64,000 bases of DNA, from the NCBI GenBank assembly GCA_040772485.1, contig JAXGYC010000010.1, positions 224,001-288,000 of the forward strand. Direction: 5' to 3'. Positions 45,571 to 55,150 of the stretch are shown in pieces. This DNA is from Sedimentisphaerales bacterium (GTDB taxonomy: Bacteria; Planctomycetota; Phycisphaerae; Sedimentisphaerales; Anaerobacaceae). Position 1 is the first letter of the stretch. The number at the start of each line of letters is the position of its first letter. The notes under the pieces were generated by a model, which saw nothing but the letters and a program-made list of their open reading frames with translations, was not told the DNA's origin and made no database searches. Both the position numbers and the translations under genes were made by a program.

Positions 45571-45600
45571 TTGACACTGTGGAACGCATCCCCATAGAAT
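45571..45600 (+). promoter_or_regulatory. Sigma70-type promoter of the sugar ABC operon
   Basis: TTGACA-N18-TAGAAT. It overlaps ATG 45599, which favours 45671 as the true start. Confidence 0.7.
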
Positions 45601-45670
45601 GCCCGTCGATCGGCCGAAGAAGGCGGAATACAGCCCGGCGGCACAGCATACGGAAGGCCAAGGCAGCCCG

Positions 45671-47167
45671 ATGGAGCACGAGAACTGCGTTCTGGAGCTT
45701 CGGGACGTATCGAAGAGCTTCCCCGGAGTCAAGGCCCTGGACCGGGTCAGCATCCGGTTCAGGCCGGCCACGGTCCATGCGCTGGTCGGCGAGAACGGAG
45801 CCGGAAAGTCCACCCTGATGAAGATCCTGATGGGGTTCCACACAGACTATGCCGGCGAGATTCTCCTCCTGGGACAACGTCTGACCCATGCCGGCGTGCG
45901 GCAGGCCCTTGAGGCCGGCATCTCGATGATCCACCAGGAGCTGATGTACGTGCCGCACATGACTGTCGCGGAGAACCTGCTGCTCGGCAGAGAGCCCGCC
46001 TCCAGGTTCCTCAAGCGCATCGACCGCAGAGAGGCACACCGACAGACCCGACAGCTTCTGAACCAGGTGGGATTGGACCTCGAACCGGACCGGCTGATGA
46101 AAGACCTGAACGTCGCCGAGCGGCAAATGGTGGAGATCGCCAAGGCCATCTCGTACCATGCGAAGATCGTGATCATGGATGAGCCCAGCTCTTCTCTCTC
46201 GCAGCACGAAGTCGAACGGCTCTATGGGATCATCGCCCAGTTGAAGGACAGGAGTGTGACGGTCATCTACATCTCACACCGTCTCGAGGAGGTCTTCCGA
46301 ATCGCCGACGAGGTCACGGTGTTGCGCGATGGCCGGGTCGTCGGCGCTGCGCGGGCCTCCGAGATCGATGCGGACCGCGTGATCGCCATGATGGTGGGCC
46401 GCGAACTGGCGGACGTCTTCCCCAAACGGACCCGCCGGCCGGGGCCGGTGATCCTGAGCGTGCGCAACCTGGGCCGCAAAGGCGCCTTTCACGACGTCAG
46501 TTTCGATCTTCACAGGGGTGAGATCGTCAGCCTGGCGGGTCTGATGGGCGCGGGGCGAACCGAGATCATCCGCTGCCTCTTCGGGCTCGACCGATACGAT
46601 CAGGGTCAGATCTTCGTCAATGGCAAGGAGGTCTCCATCCGGAGCCCCGCCGATGCTCTGCGACTGGGCCTGGGCCTGGTCAGCGAAGACCGACAGACTA
46701 CGGGTCTGGTGCCCTGTCTTTCGCTGCAAGCCAACATCACGCTCTCGCATCTGGATCGGTGTTCGTGGGGACCGGTCATCGCACGCAGGTGGGAAAAAGA
46801 ACTGGTGGAACGTATGGTCGGTGACCTGCGGATCAAGTCGCCCGGCGCCGACGAGATTGTGGCCAACCTCAGCGGAGGCAACCAGCAGAAGGCCGTGCTG
46901 GCCAGGGCCCTGCTCGGCGAACCCAGCGTGCTGCTCCTCGATGAACCGACCCGGGGCATCGACGTCGGCGCCAAAGCCGAGATCTACAAACTGATGTGCC
47001 GGCTCGCCGACGAGGGCAAGGCGATCCTGATGGCATCCTCGGAGATGCCCGAGGTGGTGGGAATGAGCGACCGGGTTGTTGTTCTCAGCAGCGGCGCCGT
47101 GACCGGACAACTGGATCGAGACCAGGCGTCCGCCGCGAACATTCTGCGCTGTGCGATGGCCAATTAG
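45671..47167 (+). CDS. Sugar ABC transporter ATP-binding protein (RbsA/MglA-like, two ATPase domains)
   Basis: GENGAGKST, IMDEP, LSGGNQQK and LDEPTRGIDVGAK. Confidence 0.95.
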   Translation: MEHENCVLELRDVSKSFPGVKALDRVSIRFRPATVHALVGENGAGKSTLMKILMGFHTDYAGEILLLGQRLTHAGVRQALEAGISMIHQELMYVPHMTVAENLLLGREPASRFLKRIDRREAHRQTRQLLNQVGLDLEPDRLMKDLNVAERQMVEIAKAISYHAKIVIMDEPSSSLSQHEVERLYGIIAQLKDRSVTVIYISHRLEEVFRIADEVTVLRDGRVVGAARASEIDADRVIAMMVGRELADVFPKRTRRPGPVILSVRNLGRKGAFHDVSFDLHRGEIVSLAGLMGAGRTEIIRCLFGLDRYDQGQIFVNGKEVSIRSPADALRLGLGLVSEDRQTTGLVPCLSLQANITLSHLDRCSWGPVIARRWEKELVERMVGDLRIKSPGADEIVANLSGGNQQKAVLARALLGEPSVLLLDEPTRGIDVGAKAEIYKLMCRLADEGKAILMASSEMPEVVGMSDRVVVLSSGAVTGQLDRDQASAANILRCAMAN

Positions 47168-47205
47168 GGGCGGGCTCGCCGGACAGCTTGGAAAGGATTT
47201 GAACG

Positions 47206-48159
47206 ATGCCCGAGCATGACATCGTGTCCCGCGATGGGAATGCAATGCAGAAATACGGCCTGGTGATCGCGTTTGCGGCGATCTGCGCGGTGCTCTCGGT
47301 CCGTTCACCGGCATTTCTGACTCCGCAGAATGCCATCAACGTTCTGCGTCAGATCTCCATCAACGCCATCCTGGCGGTCGGAGTCACCTATGTGATTCTC
47401 ACCGGAGGCATCGACCTGTCACTCGGCTCGGTGGTGGCGCTGACAGGCGTCCTGGCGGCGACGTTTGCCCATCCTGATACCTATCCGCTGGCCATTCCGA
47501 TCGCAGTGGGCATCCTGGGTGGAGTCCTCATTGGCGCGCTGAACGGTCTGGTTATCACGCGGTTTCGTGTCGCGCCGTTCATCGCAACGCTGGGAATGAT
47601 GACCATCGCCCGGGGCGGCGCGTTGATTTTCAGCGGGGGCCGGCCCGTCTCGAATCTGGCGGCGTCATTCAATTTCATCGGCAACGGAAGCGTGCTGCGC
47701 ATTCCCATCCCGATCCTGATCCTCGCGGGCGTTTTTCTGGCCTCGCAGTTTGTCCTGCGAAGAACCACCTTTGGCCGATACGTCTACGCGGTGGGCGGCA
47801 ACGAAGAGGCGGCCCGCGCCTCCGGCATCAATACGCATGGGATCAAGGTCGCCTCATACGCCATCTGCGCGGGGCTGGCGGGTCTGGCCGGCATTGTCCA
47901 GGCTTCGCGGATCACTACCGGGCAGCCGAACGCCGGCATCTCGTACGAACTCGACGCGATTGCCGCCGTGGTCATCGGGGGCACGAGCCTGTCCGGCGGG
48001 ATCGGCTCTGTCACCGGCACCCTCCTGGGCGCGCTGCTCATCGGGACACTGAACAACGGCCTGGACCTGCTGAACGTTTCCTCGTACTATCAGCAGGTCG
48101 TCAAGGGGCTCATCATCATCGGCGCCGTGATTCTCGACCGCCGCAAGCGTTCGAGATAG
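47206..48159 (+). CDS. Sugar ABC transporter permease (RbsC-like)
   Basis: TGGIDLSLGS, PFIATLG, GRYVYAVGGNEEAARASG and YELDAIAAVVIGGTSLSGG. Confidence 0.95.
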   Translation: MPEHDIVSRDGNAMQKYGLVIAFAAICAVLSVRSPAFLTPQNAINVLRQISINAILAVGVTYVILTGGIDLSLGSVVALTGVLAATFAHPDTYPLAIPIAVGILGGVLIGALNGLVITRFRVAPFIATLGMMTIARGGALIFSGGRPVSNLAASFNFIGNGSVLRIPIPILILAGVFLASQFVLRRTTFGRYVYAVGGNEEAARASGINTHGIKVASYAICAGLAGLAGIVQASRITTGQPNAGISYELDAIAAVVIGGTSLSGGIGSVTGTLLGALLIGTLNNGLDLLNVSSYYQQVVKGLIIIGAVILDRRKRSR

Positions 48160-48211
48160 CCACGCTGCTGGCGGGCTCGCAGATATCGCGCGGTGCACGG
48201 AGTCGGCGGTC

Positions 48212-49144
48212 ATGCGAAAACTCATTGTTGTCCTCCTGGTCGCAGTCCTGGTCGTGATGCTGTGGCTCGTGAAACCCGATGGATCCAACTCGGATCGGCT
48301 TGTGATCGGGGTCAGCCTTCTGAATCTGTCGAATGAATTCATCGTCGACATCCGAGAGGCGATGGAGGCCAAGGCCGCCGAGCTGGACGTCGAACTAATC
48401 GTCACCGACGCCGAACGAAGCGCCGAGAAGCAGATTCAGCAGATCGAGAGCTTCATCACTCGGCGAGTGGATGCCATCATCCTGAATCCCTGCGAGGTGG
48501 AGGCGAGTTCGCCCGCCGTCGACAAGGCCATCGCCGCCGGCATACCGATCGTCAACGTCAACTCCGAGACGCGGTCCGAGCCAACGGCGTTCGTGGGCTC
48601 GCGCGATGAAGAATCGGCCGAAATCGCCATCAACTACATCGCCGAACGGCTCGGCGGCAAAGGGCGGCTCCTGATGATGACCGGTTATCCCGGCCAGGCG
48701 GCAGAGATCAAGCGAACCGAGGGAGCGCGGGCCGCATTGAAGCAGTACCCCGATCTGAGGCTGATCGCCGAGCAGACTGCGAACTGGTCGCGCGAGGAGG
48801 GAATGGCGCTGATGGAAAACTGGCTTCAGGCCTACCGCGACGGCATCGACGCCGTGTTCGCCCAGAACGATGAGATGGGCCTGGGGGCGCTGAACGCTCT
48901 CCAATCGGCCGGCGTCAAGGACGGGATCGTGCTCGTCAGCGTGGACGCCATCGCCGACGCCCTGGCCGCCGTCAAAGAGGGCCGGCTCGACGCCACCGTC
49001 TTCCAGAACGCCCGAGGTCAGGCCGCCTCCGCCCTCGAAACCGCCGTCCAGATCGTCAGAGGCCAGCCCTACGAAAAGACGGTCCTGATCCCCTTCGAAC
49101 TCGTCACCCGGCAAAACGTCGACCGCTACATCAGCCAGCCGTAA
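48212..49144 (+). CDS. Sugar ABC transporter substrate-binding protein (RbsB-like)
   Basis: NLSNEF, AGIPIVNVN, ANWSREEG, FAQNDEMGLGA and ATVFQ. Confidence 0.93.
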   Translation: MRKLIVVLLVAVLVVMLWLVKPDGSNSDRLVIGVSLLNLSNEFIVDIREAMEAKAAELDVELIVTDAERSAEKQIQQIESFITRRVDAIILNPCEVEASSPAVDKAIAAGIPIVNVNSETRSEPTAFVGSRDEESAEIAINYIAERLGGKGRLLMMTGYPGQAAEIKRTEGARAALKQYPDLRLIAEQTANWSREEGMALMENWLQAYRDGIDAVFAQNDEMGLGALNALQSAGVKDGIVLVSVDAIADALAAVKEGRLDATVFQNARGQAASALETAVQIVRGQPYEKTVLIPFELVTRQNVDRYISQP

Positions 49145-49177
49145 CGAATCGGCCGGCCGTTCAGCCATCGCTGGACC

Positions 49178-49564
49178 TCAGGCATCCAACTCCAGAGATT
49201 GACGCGCGGCCGCCCGAAAGACGCGGCATCTACGTTGGGCATCGAGCGCACAGTCCCGGTCGGCCGAGTCGCCCGGATAACGTACGCTGACCGCAAACCC
49301 TGACAGATAGGCCAGGTTCTCGCGGTGAGCTTCCCACGAGGGCTCAACCTTCAGTGCCGACTCGAGCAATGCGACGAGATCATGCACCTTCCCGAACGCG
49401 AGCCCGGCCTCGCAAAGACGTGCCTTCAGATACTTCTCCGCACATTGCTGGGCGTGGAAACAAATGCCCTCGAAGTTGGGCCGGTCCGTAACGCGCGACT
49501 CTCACTCCATGGTCGCGAAGTCCCCTTCCGCCTTGGCTGCCCATTCAGCGGTCATTGGCTTCAT
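49178..49564 (-). pseudogene. HEPN-domain protein interrupted by an in-frame TGA at codon 21
   Basis: MKPMTAEWAAKAEGDFATME*ESRVTDRPNFEGICFHAQQCAEKYLKA...HDLVALL...VRYPG. TGA at 49502-49504, in frame with ORF 49178..49387. Confidence 0.88.
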
Positions 49565-49865
49565 AGAGGATTATCCCCTGCGACAGGATTTCCTGCATGA
49601 ATGTGTCGCCCATCGCGATTCGCTCGCGAACCTTCTCGGGCGTTCGCACAAGCAGGTCGACCGGAAAACCCGGACGCAGTTTCATTTGAACCGCCACCGA
49701 GGTATCGACGCTGCGTCCGCTGAAGGGACCGATGACCAGCAGATCGACATCGGAATCGCTCGCCGGTGTACCCCTCGCGTGGGAGCCGAAGAGAATCACC
49801 TTCTCGGCCCCAAACTCCCGCCCGATCCTCCGACCGAACTCCTCAATCCTGCTCATCGCCACCAT
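49545..49865 (-). CDS. Minimal nucleotidyltransferase (MNT)
   Basis: ILFGSHARGTPASDSDVDLLV (GS-x10-DxD); overlaps the HEPN start by 20 nt. Confidence 0.92.
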   Translation of the reverse strand: MVAMSRIEEFGRRIGREFGAEKVILFGSHARGTPASDSDVDLLVIGPFSGRSVDTSVAVQMKLRPGFPVDLLVRTPEKVRERIAMGDTFMQEILSQGIILYEANDR

Positions 49866-49907
49866 GGGCCCATGTCCCCAGAATCACTCCACTGAAAACC
49901 AACGTCC

Positions 49908-49937
49908 AGTATACCAACAATCCTCCTGCATGGGCAA
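49908..49937 (-). promoter_or_regulatory. Sigma70-type promoter of MNT-HEPN
   Basis: TTGCCC-N18-TATACT with a TG extension. Confidence 0.55.
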
Positions 49938-50108
49938 CCAGCGCTCGTCAATCGCTCGTCCAGTCGCACCGATACGACTCGGGCACCTCTTCCAGGCTTG
50001 AAAACACATCTTTCTCCGGAAACGCCACTCGCGCCAAAGGCGCAAAGACCGTCGATGTCTGTCCTAACCATGGCGTTTTGTCGAGGACGATTTGTTTCGG
50101 CTTGGGCG

Positions 50109-51683
50109 TCATCGGAGGCTGGTCAGAACGACCTGACGCATGAGATCGGCCTCAGCAACTTCGCCGGTGAAGAGGTGGAATTGGGCGAGGGCCTGGTTGA
50201 CGAACATGGCGAGGCCGTCGATGGTCTTGGCGCCGGCGGCTTTGGCGTGCTTGAGCAGGAGGGTCTCGGCGGGGTTGTAGACGGTATCGAAGACGGCCAT
50301 GCCGGGCTTGAGCGCGTCCGGGGGGACGGGCGTTGCATCGACCTTGGGATGCATCCCGATGCTGGTGCAGTTGACGAGGAGCCGGGCGTCGAGATGCGAG
50401 AGCGCGTCGAGGCCGGCACAGGCGCAGCCGAAATCAGCGGCGAGTTGCTCGGCTCGCTCGACGGTGCGGTTGTAGATCGTGACCTTCGCGCCCGCATCGG
50501 TCAAGCCTGCGACGATGGCCCGCGAAACGCCCCCGGCTCCCACGACCGCCACAGGCATGTCGCGGAACCCTTGGCGCGAGATGCCCATGCCGTCGGCGAT
50601 GGCGTCGAGCGCGCCGGCATAGTCGGTGTTGTAGGCGCCAAGCCGTCGCTCGTCGCTCGTCGCTCGGAAATCGAGAACCAAGGTGTTGGCGGCGCCGATC
50701 TGCTCGGCCAGAGGCTCGACGAAGCCGCCTCTCTGCCGCACGTAGTCGAGGGCGCTGTGCTTGTGCGGGATCGTGACGCTGAAGCCTCGAGAGTCCAGCC
50801 AGGGCCGCGCGAGCACGTTATCGAGGAACGCGAACAGCTCCTCGCGGCCGCCCTGCACCAGCAGAGGCAGGTAGACGCCGTTGATTTTCCTGTCGGCCAG
50901 GCAGGCGTTGTGAATGGCCGGACTGAACGAATGGCCCACCGGATCGGCAATCACGCCGAACAGGGTCGTCCCGCGGTCAATCGAATCGTGATGGTAGAGT
51001 CTCTTGAACGCATCCAGCGTCACCTGTCCCGGCGCGGTGCCACTGGTCTCGTCGAGGCTGGCGAAGGTGACAAGCCCGCCGAGCTTCTTCGTGAGCACCC
51101 GGCTGATCAGACCTGCCTGGCCCATGCACAGCACGATGCAGTCCCTGTCCGCCTCGTGAAGCAGATCGAACGCCTGGAAGCAGTCGTTGATATGGCCTGC
51201 GGTGTAGACCAGCTTGGGCACGGCCGCCGGAAAGGCCTGCACGATGTCGCGATACAGCCCCCTGAGGTCGCCGAACGGCTCGCCGAAATCATGGGCGGAG
51301 AGGATCAGTCGCCCCTTCGGCGACGACGCCAGAGCCGACCCAATTCTGTGGCCAAACGCAGATTTCCGGAAATTCGCGAACTCGACGTCGACGAACTCGG
51401 CCCCTTCGCTCAGGGCCGCCGCGAGAATCTCAAGACGCAGCGACTCAGGGCAGTCGACGGCCCCGCCTTCGCGCGCATCCCGGCAGGTTGCGATCAGAGG
51501 CACGGATGCTGTGGCCAACGCCCGGGTCCGCCTCAGGACCTCTCTCGCCAGGTCCGGCGAAAGCCCTTCCAGGTAGTCCATCCGCAATTCGAGCATCTCG
51601 GCCCCGCCGGCGACGGCGCGGCGGACCTGCTCTGCGGCCTGGGCCGCATTCTTCGCCGATATGGGAACCGCCAAATAGGTCAT
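50109..51683 (-). CDS. aroE: Bifunctional type I 3-dehydroquinate dehydratase / shikimate dehydrogenase (AroD-AroE fusion)
   Basis: AroD half: ELRMDYL, IATCR..EGG, ILSAHDF, VPKLV, TAPGQ. AroE half: HSFSPAIHN, SVTIPHK, NTD, GAGGVSRA, DTVYNP, DGLAMFVNQA. Confidence 0.95.
   Translation of the reverse strand: MTYLAVPISAKNAAQAAEQVRRAVAGGAEMLELRMDYLEGLSPDLAREVLRRTRALATASVPLIATCRDAREGGAVDCPESLRLEILAAALSEGAEFVDVEFANFRKSAFGHRIGSALASSPKGRLILSAHDFGEPFGDLRGLYRDIVQAFPAAVPKLVYTAGHINDCFQAFDLLHEADRDCIVLCMGQAGLISRVLTKKLGGLVTFASLDETSGTAPGQVTLDAFKRLYHHDSIDRGTTLFGVIADPVGHSFSPAIHNACLADRKINGVYLPLLVQGGREELFAFLDNVLARPWLDSRGFSVTIPHKHSALDYVRQRGGFVEPLAEQIGAANTLVLDFRATSDERRLGAYNTDYAGALDAIADGMGISRQGFRDMPVAVVGAGGVSRAIVAGLTDAGAKVTIYNRTVERAEQLAADFGCACAGLDALSHLDARLLVNCTSIGMHPKVDATPVPPDALKPGMAVFDTVYNPAETLLLKHAKAAGAKTIDGLAMFVNQALAQFHLFTGEVAEADLMRQVVLTSLR
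50644..50664. repeat. Heptamer tandem repeat (CGTCGCT)x3 inside aroE
   Basis: Reverse complement is (AGCGACG)x3, encoding RATSDERR between GAANTLV and YNTD. Confidence 0.8.
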
Positions 51684-51753
51684 AACGGCTCCAACATATA
51701 CCAACTCGCCCGACCCCGAGCAAGACTCGGGCAGGATTCGGAGCAAGTTGGGC

Positions 51754-51782
51754 TTGATTTGCCCCGGTCGATACGATAAGAT
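51754..51782 (+). promoter_or_regulatory. Sigma70-type promoter of aroB
   Basis: TTGATT-N17-TAAGAT. Confidence 0.55.
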
Positions 51783-51855
51783 ACCGGTTCGTCGGATGGT
51801 ATGCAGGAGAGGAGGATCCTGATTCGCGAATGAGCTTCGAGTACAAAGTCTGACT

Positions 51856-52962
51856 ATGCACGAACTGGAAATCAAGGTCCCGGCCCCCCGACCGGGGAGC
51901 TACAAAGTCGTTGTCGGCAGCGGGTTTCTGGCAAACCTGTGGCCACAGATCAAGAGCGCGTTCGGCCACCGCCGGCCTTTCGTGGTCACCGACGCCAACG
52001 TGGTCGCCGCCGGCCACCTCGACACGCTGCTGGGCGGCCGGCCGGTACCCCACTTCGTCATCGACCCGCCCGGCGAGGCTTCCAAGAACATCACCACCGC
52101 CGTGGCCATCGTCGAGGCGATGGAGAAGGCCTACCTTGGACGCGATACGCTCGTGGTCGCGCTGGGCGGAGGGACGGTCGGCGACGTCGCCGGCTTTGCG
52201 GCGGCGATCTTCAAACGCGGCGTGCCCGTCGTCCAGATCCCCACGACGACGCTGGCCCAGGCCGATTCCGCCATCGGGGGCAAGACCGGCGTCGACTCCA
52301 GCGTCAGCAAGAACGCCTTCGGGGCCTTCTGGCACCCGGCGGCGGTGTACGTGGACGTCGCGACCGTGCGGACGCTCGATGAGCGACAATACCGCAGTGG
52401 CCTGACCGAGTCGGTCAAACACGCGCTGATCGCCGACGCGGAGGACTTTGAATTCCTCGAACAGAAGATGGACGTCATTCTCGACCGTCAAGGCGAGGTC
52501 CTTGAGACGCTCGCGCAGCACAACGGTGCGATCAAGGGCCGCGTCGTCGAGGCCGACCCTGACGAGCGAAACCAGCGGCGGATGCTCAACTATGGCCACA
52601 CGGTCGGACACGCCGTCGAATCCGCGAGCAACTATCGGTTGCTGCACGGCGAGGCCATTGCGATCGGGATCGTCGCCGCGGGCCGCATCGAAATCGAGAT
52701 GGGCCTTTCCGAGCCCGGCCGGCTCGAACGCGTCACCGCGCTGCTCTCAAGACTCGGCGTCCCGGTGACACTGCCCTCGGACCTCGATAAAGAGAGACTG
52801 ATCGACCTGATCAGGCACGACAAGAAGGCGGTCGACCGATGGCCCAGGTTTGTCCTGCTCGACCAACTCGGGCGGGTCCACTGCCCCGGCGGCCAGTATG
52901 CGGTGGACGTTGACCGCCGCATCGTTGAAAAAGTGATAAAGTCGATGGTGGATGACCGGTGA
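51856..52962 (+). CDS. aroB: 3-dehydroquinate synthase (canonical)
   Basis: GEASK, ALGGGTVGDVAGF, PTTTLAQADSAIGGKTG, ESVKH, NYGHTVGHAVE and HGEA. Confidence 0.95.
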   Translation: MHELEIKVPAPRPGSYKVVVGSGFLANLWPQIKSAFGHRRPFVVTDANVVAAGHLDTLLGGRPVPHFVIDPPGEASKNITTAVAIVEAMEKAYLGRDTLVVALGGGTVGDVAGFAAAIFKRGVPVVQIPTTTLAQADSAIGGKTGVDSSVSKNAFGAFWHPAAVYVDVATVRTLDERQYRSGLTESVKHALIADAEDFEFLEQKMDVILDRQGEVLETLAQHNGAIKGRVVEADPDERNQRRMLNYGHTVGHAVESASNYRLLHGEAIAIGIVAAGRIEIEMGLSEPGRLERVTALLSRLGVPVTLPSDLDKERLIDLIRHDKKAVDRWPRFVLLDQLGRVHCPGGQYAVDVDRRIVEKVIKSMVDDR

Positions 52963-52988
52963 CCCGCCCCGGGCGAGGCGCTTTTTTC

Positions 52989-53016
52989 TTGCCTTGGACA
53001 CAAGGGCAAGTACAGT
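52989..53016 (+). promoter_or_regulatory. Candidate sigma70-type promoter for the aldolase gene, preceded by a weak hairpin and T tract at 52965-52987
   Basis: TTGCCT-N16-TACAGT. Confidence 0.4.
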
Positions 53017-53112
53017 AGGGCGCAAGTCTGGTGCGGATGAGCGTGTGCGGCCCAGCCGCAGGTTCCATCCGCCATCGGAAGTCCGAAATCCGGAATGTCA
53101 GGAGATTCAGCC

Positions 53113-53907
53113 ATGATCGGCAAAGCCATACGAATGGAACGCATCATCGACCGCAACTCGCAGAAAACGGTCATCGTCCCGATGGATCACGGCGTCACGG
53201 TCGGCCCGATCGAGGGCTTGGCGGACATGCGGACGACCATCAGCAAGGTCGTCTCCGGCGGCGCCAACGCGATCCTCATGCACAAAGGCATGGTCCGCGC
53301 GGGCCATCGCGGGACCGGCCAGGACGTCGGCCTGATCATCCATCTGTCGGCGGGCACGTCGCTGAGCCCGGACCCCAACGCCAAGGAACTGGTCTGCACC
53401 GTCGAGGAGGCGATCAAGCTCGGGGCCGACGCGGTCTCGATCCACGTCAACGTGGGCGCTGAAACCGACCGTGAGATGCTCCGCCAGTTCGGCCTGGTCA
53501 GCGAACGCTGTGCATTCTGGCAGATGCCCCTGGTGGCGATGGTCTACACGCGCGGCCCGAAGGTCCGCGACGAGTACGACGTCGAGCACGCCAAGCTGGC
53601 CGCCCGCATCGGGGCCGAACTCGGAGCCGACATCGTCAAGGTCGTCTACACCGGCAGCGCGCAGTCATTCCGCGAGGTGGTCAGAGGCTGCCCCGTACCG
53701 GTGGTGATCGCCGGCGGGCCCAAGATGGGCAGCGACGAAGAAATCTTCCGCATGGTCGAAGGCGCGCTGGAGGCGGGTGCAACGGGACTGTCCATCGGAC
53801 GCAATGCCTTTCAGCATGAGCACCCTGACAGGATGATCCGGGCGCTGAGCCAGATGGTTCACCACGGCGCCGGTGTCAGCGAGGCCCTCAACGTCCTCAG
53901 GAGCTGA
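53113..53907 (+). CDS. DhnA-family class I aldolase, most like 2-amino-3,7-dideoxy-D-threo-hept-6-ulosonate synthase (AroA')
   Basis: [56 protein letters not shown], Schiff-base ADIVK and VVIAGG; sits next to aro genes. Confidence 0.85.
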   Translation: MIGKAIRMERIIDRNSQKTVIVPMDHGVTVGPIEGLADMRTTISKVVSGGANAILMHKGMVRAGHRGTGQDVGLIIHLSAGTSLSPDPNAKELVCTVEEAIKLGADAVSIHVNVGAETDREMLRQFGLVSERCAFWQMPLVAMVYTRGPKVRDEYDVEHAKLAARIGAELGADIVKVVYTGSAQSFREVVRGCPVPVVIAGGPKMGSDEEIFRMVEGALEAGATGLSIGRNAFQHEHPDRMIRALSQMVHHGAGVSEALNVLRS

Positions 53908-53952
53908 GTCGCGCGGCGACGAAGGCACACACACTTCTTCGGGAGCTATCGC

Positions 53953-55056
53953 ATGGCCATGCCTGTCACATCAGAGCACGTTTCTGCGCGGCAACGGTTG
54001 ATGGTCTTGACCGCATTCACCGCGATCGTTCTCTTCTGCGTCGCCAACACCTGCGCGTGCACCGCGTTCCTTCAGGACGACCTGGTGGCCGGCAAGAACT
54101 ACGACTGGCATCTCGACCAGGGCCTGCTGATCGTCAACAAGAGCAGCATCGCCAAGCAAGCGCTGGTGCTCGACCCGGCGGAGAACGCCGCCGAGTGGGT
54201 CTCCCAATACGGCAGTGTCACGTTCAATCAGTATGGACGGGAAATGCCCAACGGGGGGATGAATGAGGTCGGCCTGGTCGTCGAGACCCTCATGTTGGCG
54301 GCGGCCCGCAATCCGGCGCCCGACGGGCGGCCCGCCGTAACCGCCTGGGTGCAATACCAGCTCGACAACAGCCGAACTGTGGACGAGGTCATCGCCACGG
54401 ACAAGGCCGTCCGCATCTCGCCTTCCATGCCCATGCCTCTGCACTTCTTCGTCAGCGATGCACAGGGCAGTGCGGCGGTCGTCGAGTTCATTGACGGCAG
54501 ACTCATCTGCCACGCAGGCGACGAGCTGCCCCACAAGCTGATCACGAACAATACGTGCGCCGAATCACTCGGCTTCCTCGGCCAGCATGAAGGATTCGGC
54601 GGGACGCGGCCGATGCGAAGAGGTTCGCACGATTCTCTCGACCGGTTTGTCGTCGCGGCGGACCGGCTCAAAGACTATCGGCCGGACGACTCACGCCCAA
54701 AGGCGATCCAGTATGCCTTTGAAACGCTGGCCGCCGTTCGTCAGGGTGATGCGACGAAATGGAGCATCGTCTACGATCTCAAGAACCTTGAAATCCACTA
54801 TAGGACCCAGCGATGCGCCGAGGTCCGGACCGTCCGCTTCAAGGACCTCGACTTCACGCCGAAGACCCCGGTCCGCACCATCGGCATCAACACTACGCAC
54901 GTGGGTCTGCTGAATCCGCATCTTGCCGACTACGATGGGGACGTGAACCGATGGCTCGTTTTCTACACCGTCCGGCAGACACCCATGATCGCCCAGTTGC
55001 CCGACGCACTCATCGGGATGCTGGCCGCCTACCCGGAAACGACATCGCCTCGCTGA
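53953..55056 (+). CDS. Secreted linear amide C-N hydrolase (choloylglycine hydrolase/penicillin V acylase Ntn family)
   Basis: Signal peptide ending at the nucleophile motif A-CTAF, then GKNYDW, GMNEVGL and TN. Confidence 0.88.
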   Translation: MAMPVTSEHVSARQRLMVLTAFTAIVLFCVANTCACTAFLQDDLVAGKNYDWHLDQGLLIVNKSSIAKQALVLDPAENAAEWVSQYGSVTFNQYGREMPNGGMNEVGLVVETLMLAAARNPAPDGRPAVTAWVQYQLDNSRTVDEVIATDKAVRISPSMPMPLHFFVSDAQGSAAVVEFIDGRLICHAGDELPHKLITNNTCAESLGFLGQHEGFGGTRPMRRGSHDSLDRFVVAADRLKDYRPDDSRPKAIQYAFETLAAVRQGDATKWSIVYDLKNLEIHYRTQRCAEVRTVRFKDLDFTPKTPVRTIGINTTHVGLLNPHLADYDGDVNRWLVFYTVRQTPMIAQLPDALIGMLAAYPETTSPR

Positions 55057-55150
55057 CCGCCCGGCTGAACCACTTCGGTCAAGCGGCGTATACGAAGTCA
55101 CAGAAGGTCTGCAAAAAGCTCATGTGACAGTGGATTAAGGGGAGTCCTGG

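Noticed and set aside
45566..45575. GTCAATTGAC palindrome as an operator or divergent -35
   Set aside because: No matching -10 on the minus strand and no regulator nearby; too short to support alone.
49460..49504. Selenocysteine recoding of the HEPN TGA
   Set aside because: The position is not a Cys-type site, and the small downstream hairpin (gccc-aacttcga-gggc) does not resemble a bacterial SECIS; a nonsense mutation is simpler.
50024..50048. cgccaaaggcgcaaag here and ggaagtccgaaatccggaat (~53077-53096) as repeat remnants
   Set aside because: Only about two degenerate units each; cannot be distinguished from chance without a genome-wide count.
50109..51683. AroD-AroE fusion as a novelty
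   Set aside because: This fusion is already known from plants, chlamydiae and planctomycetes.
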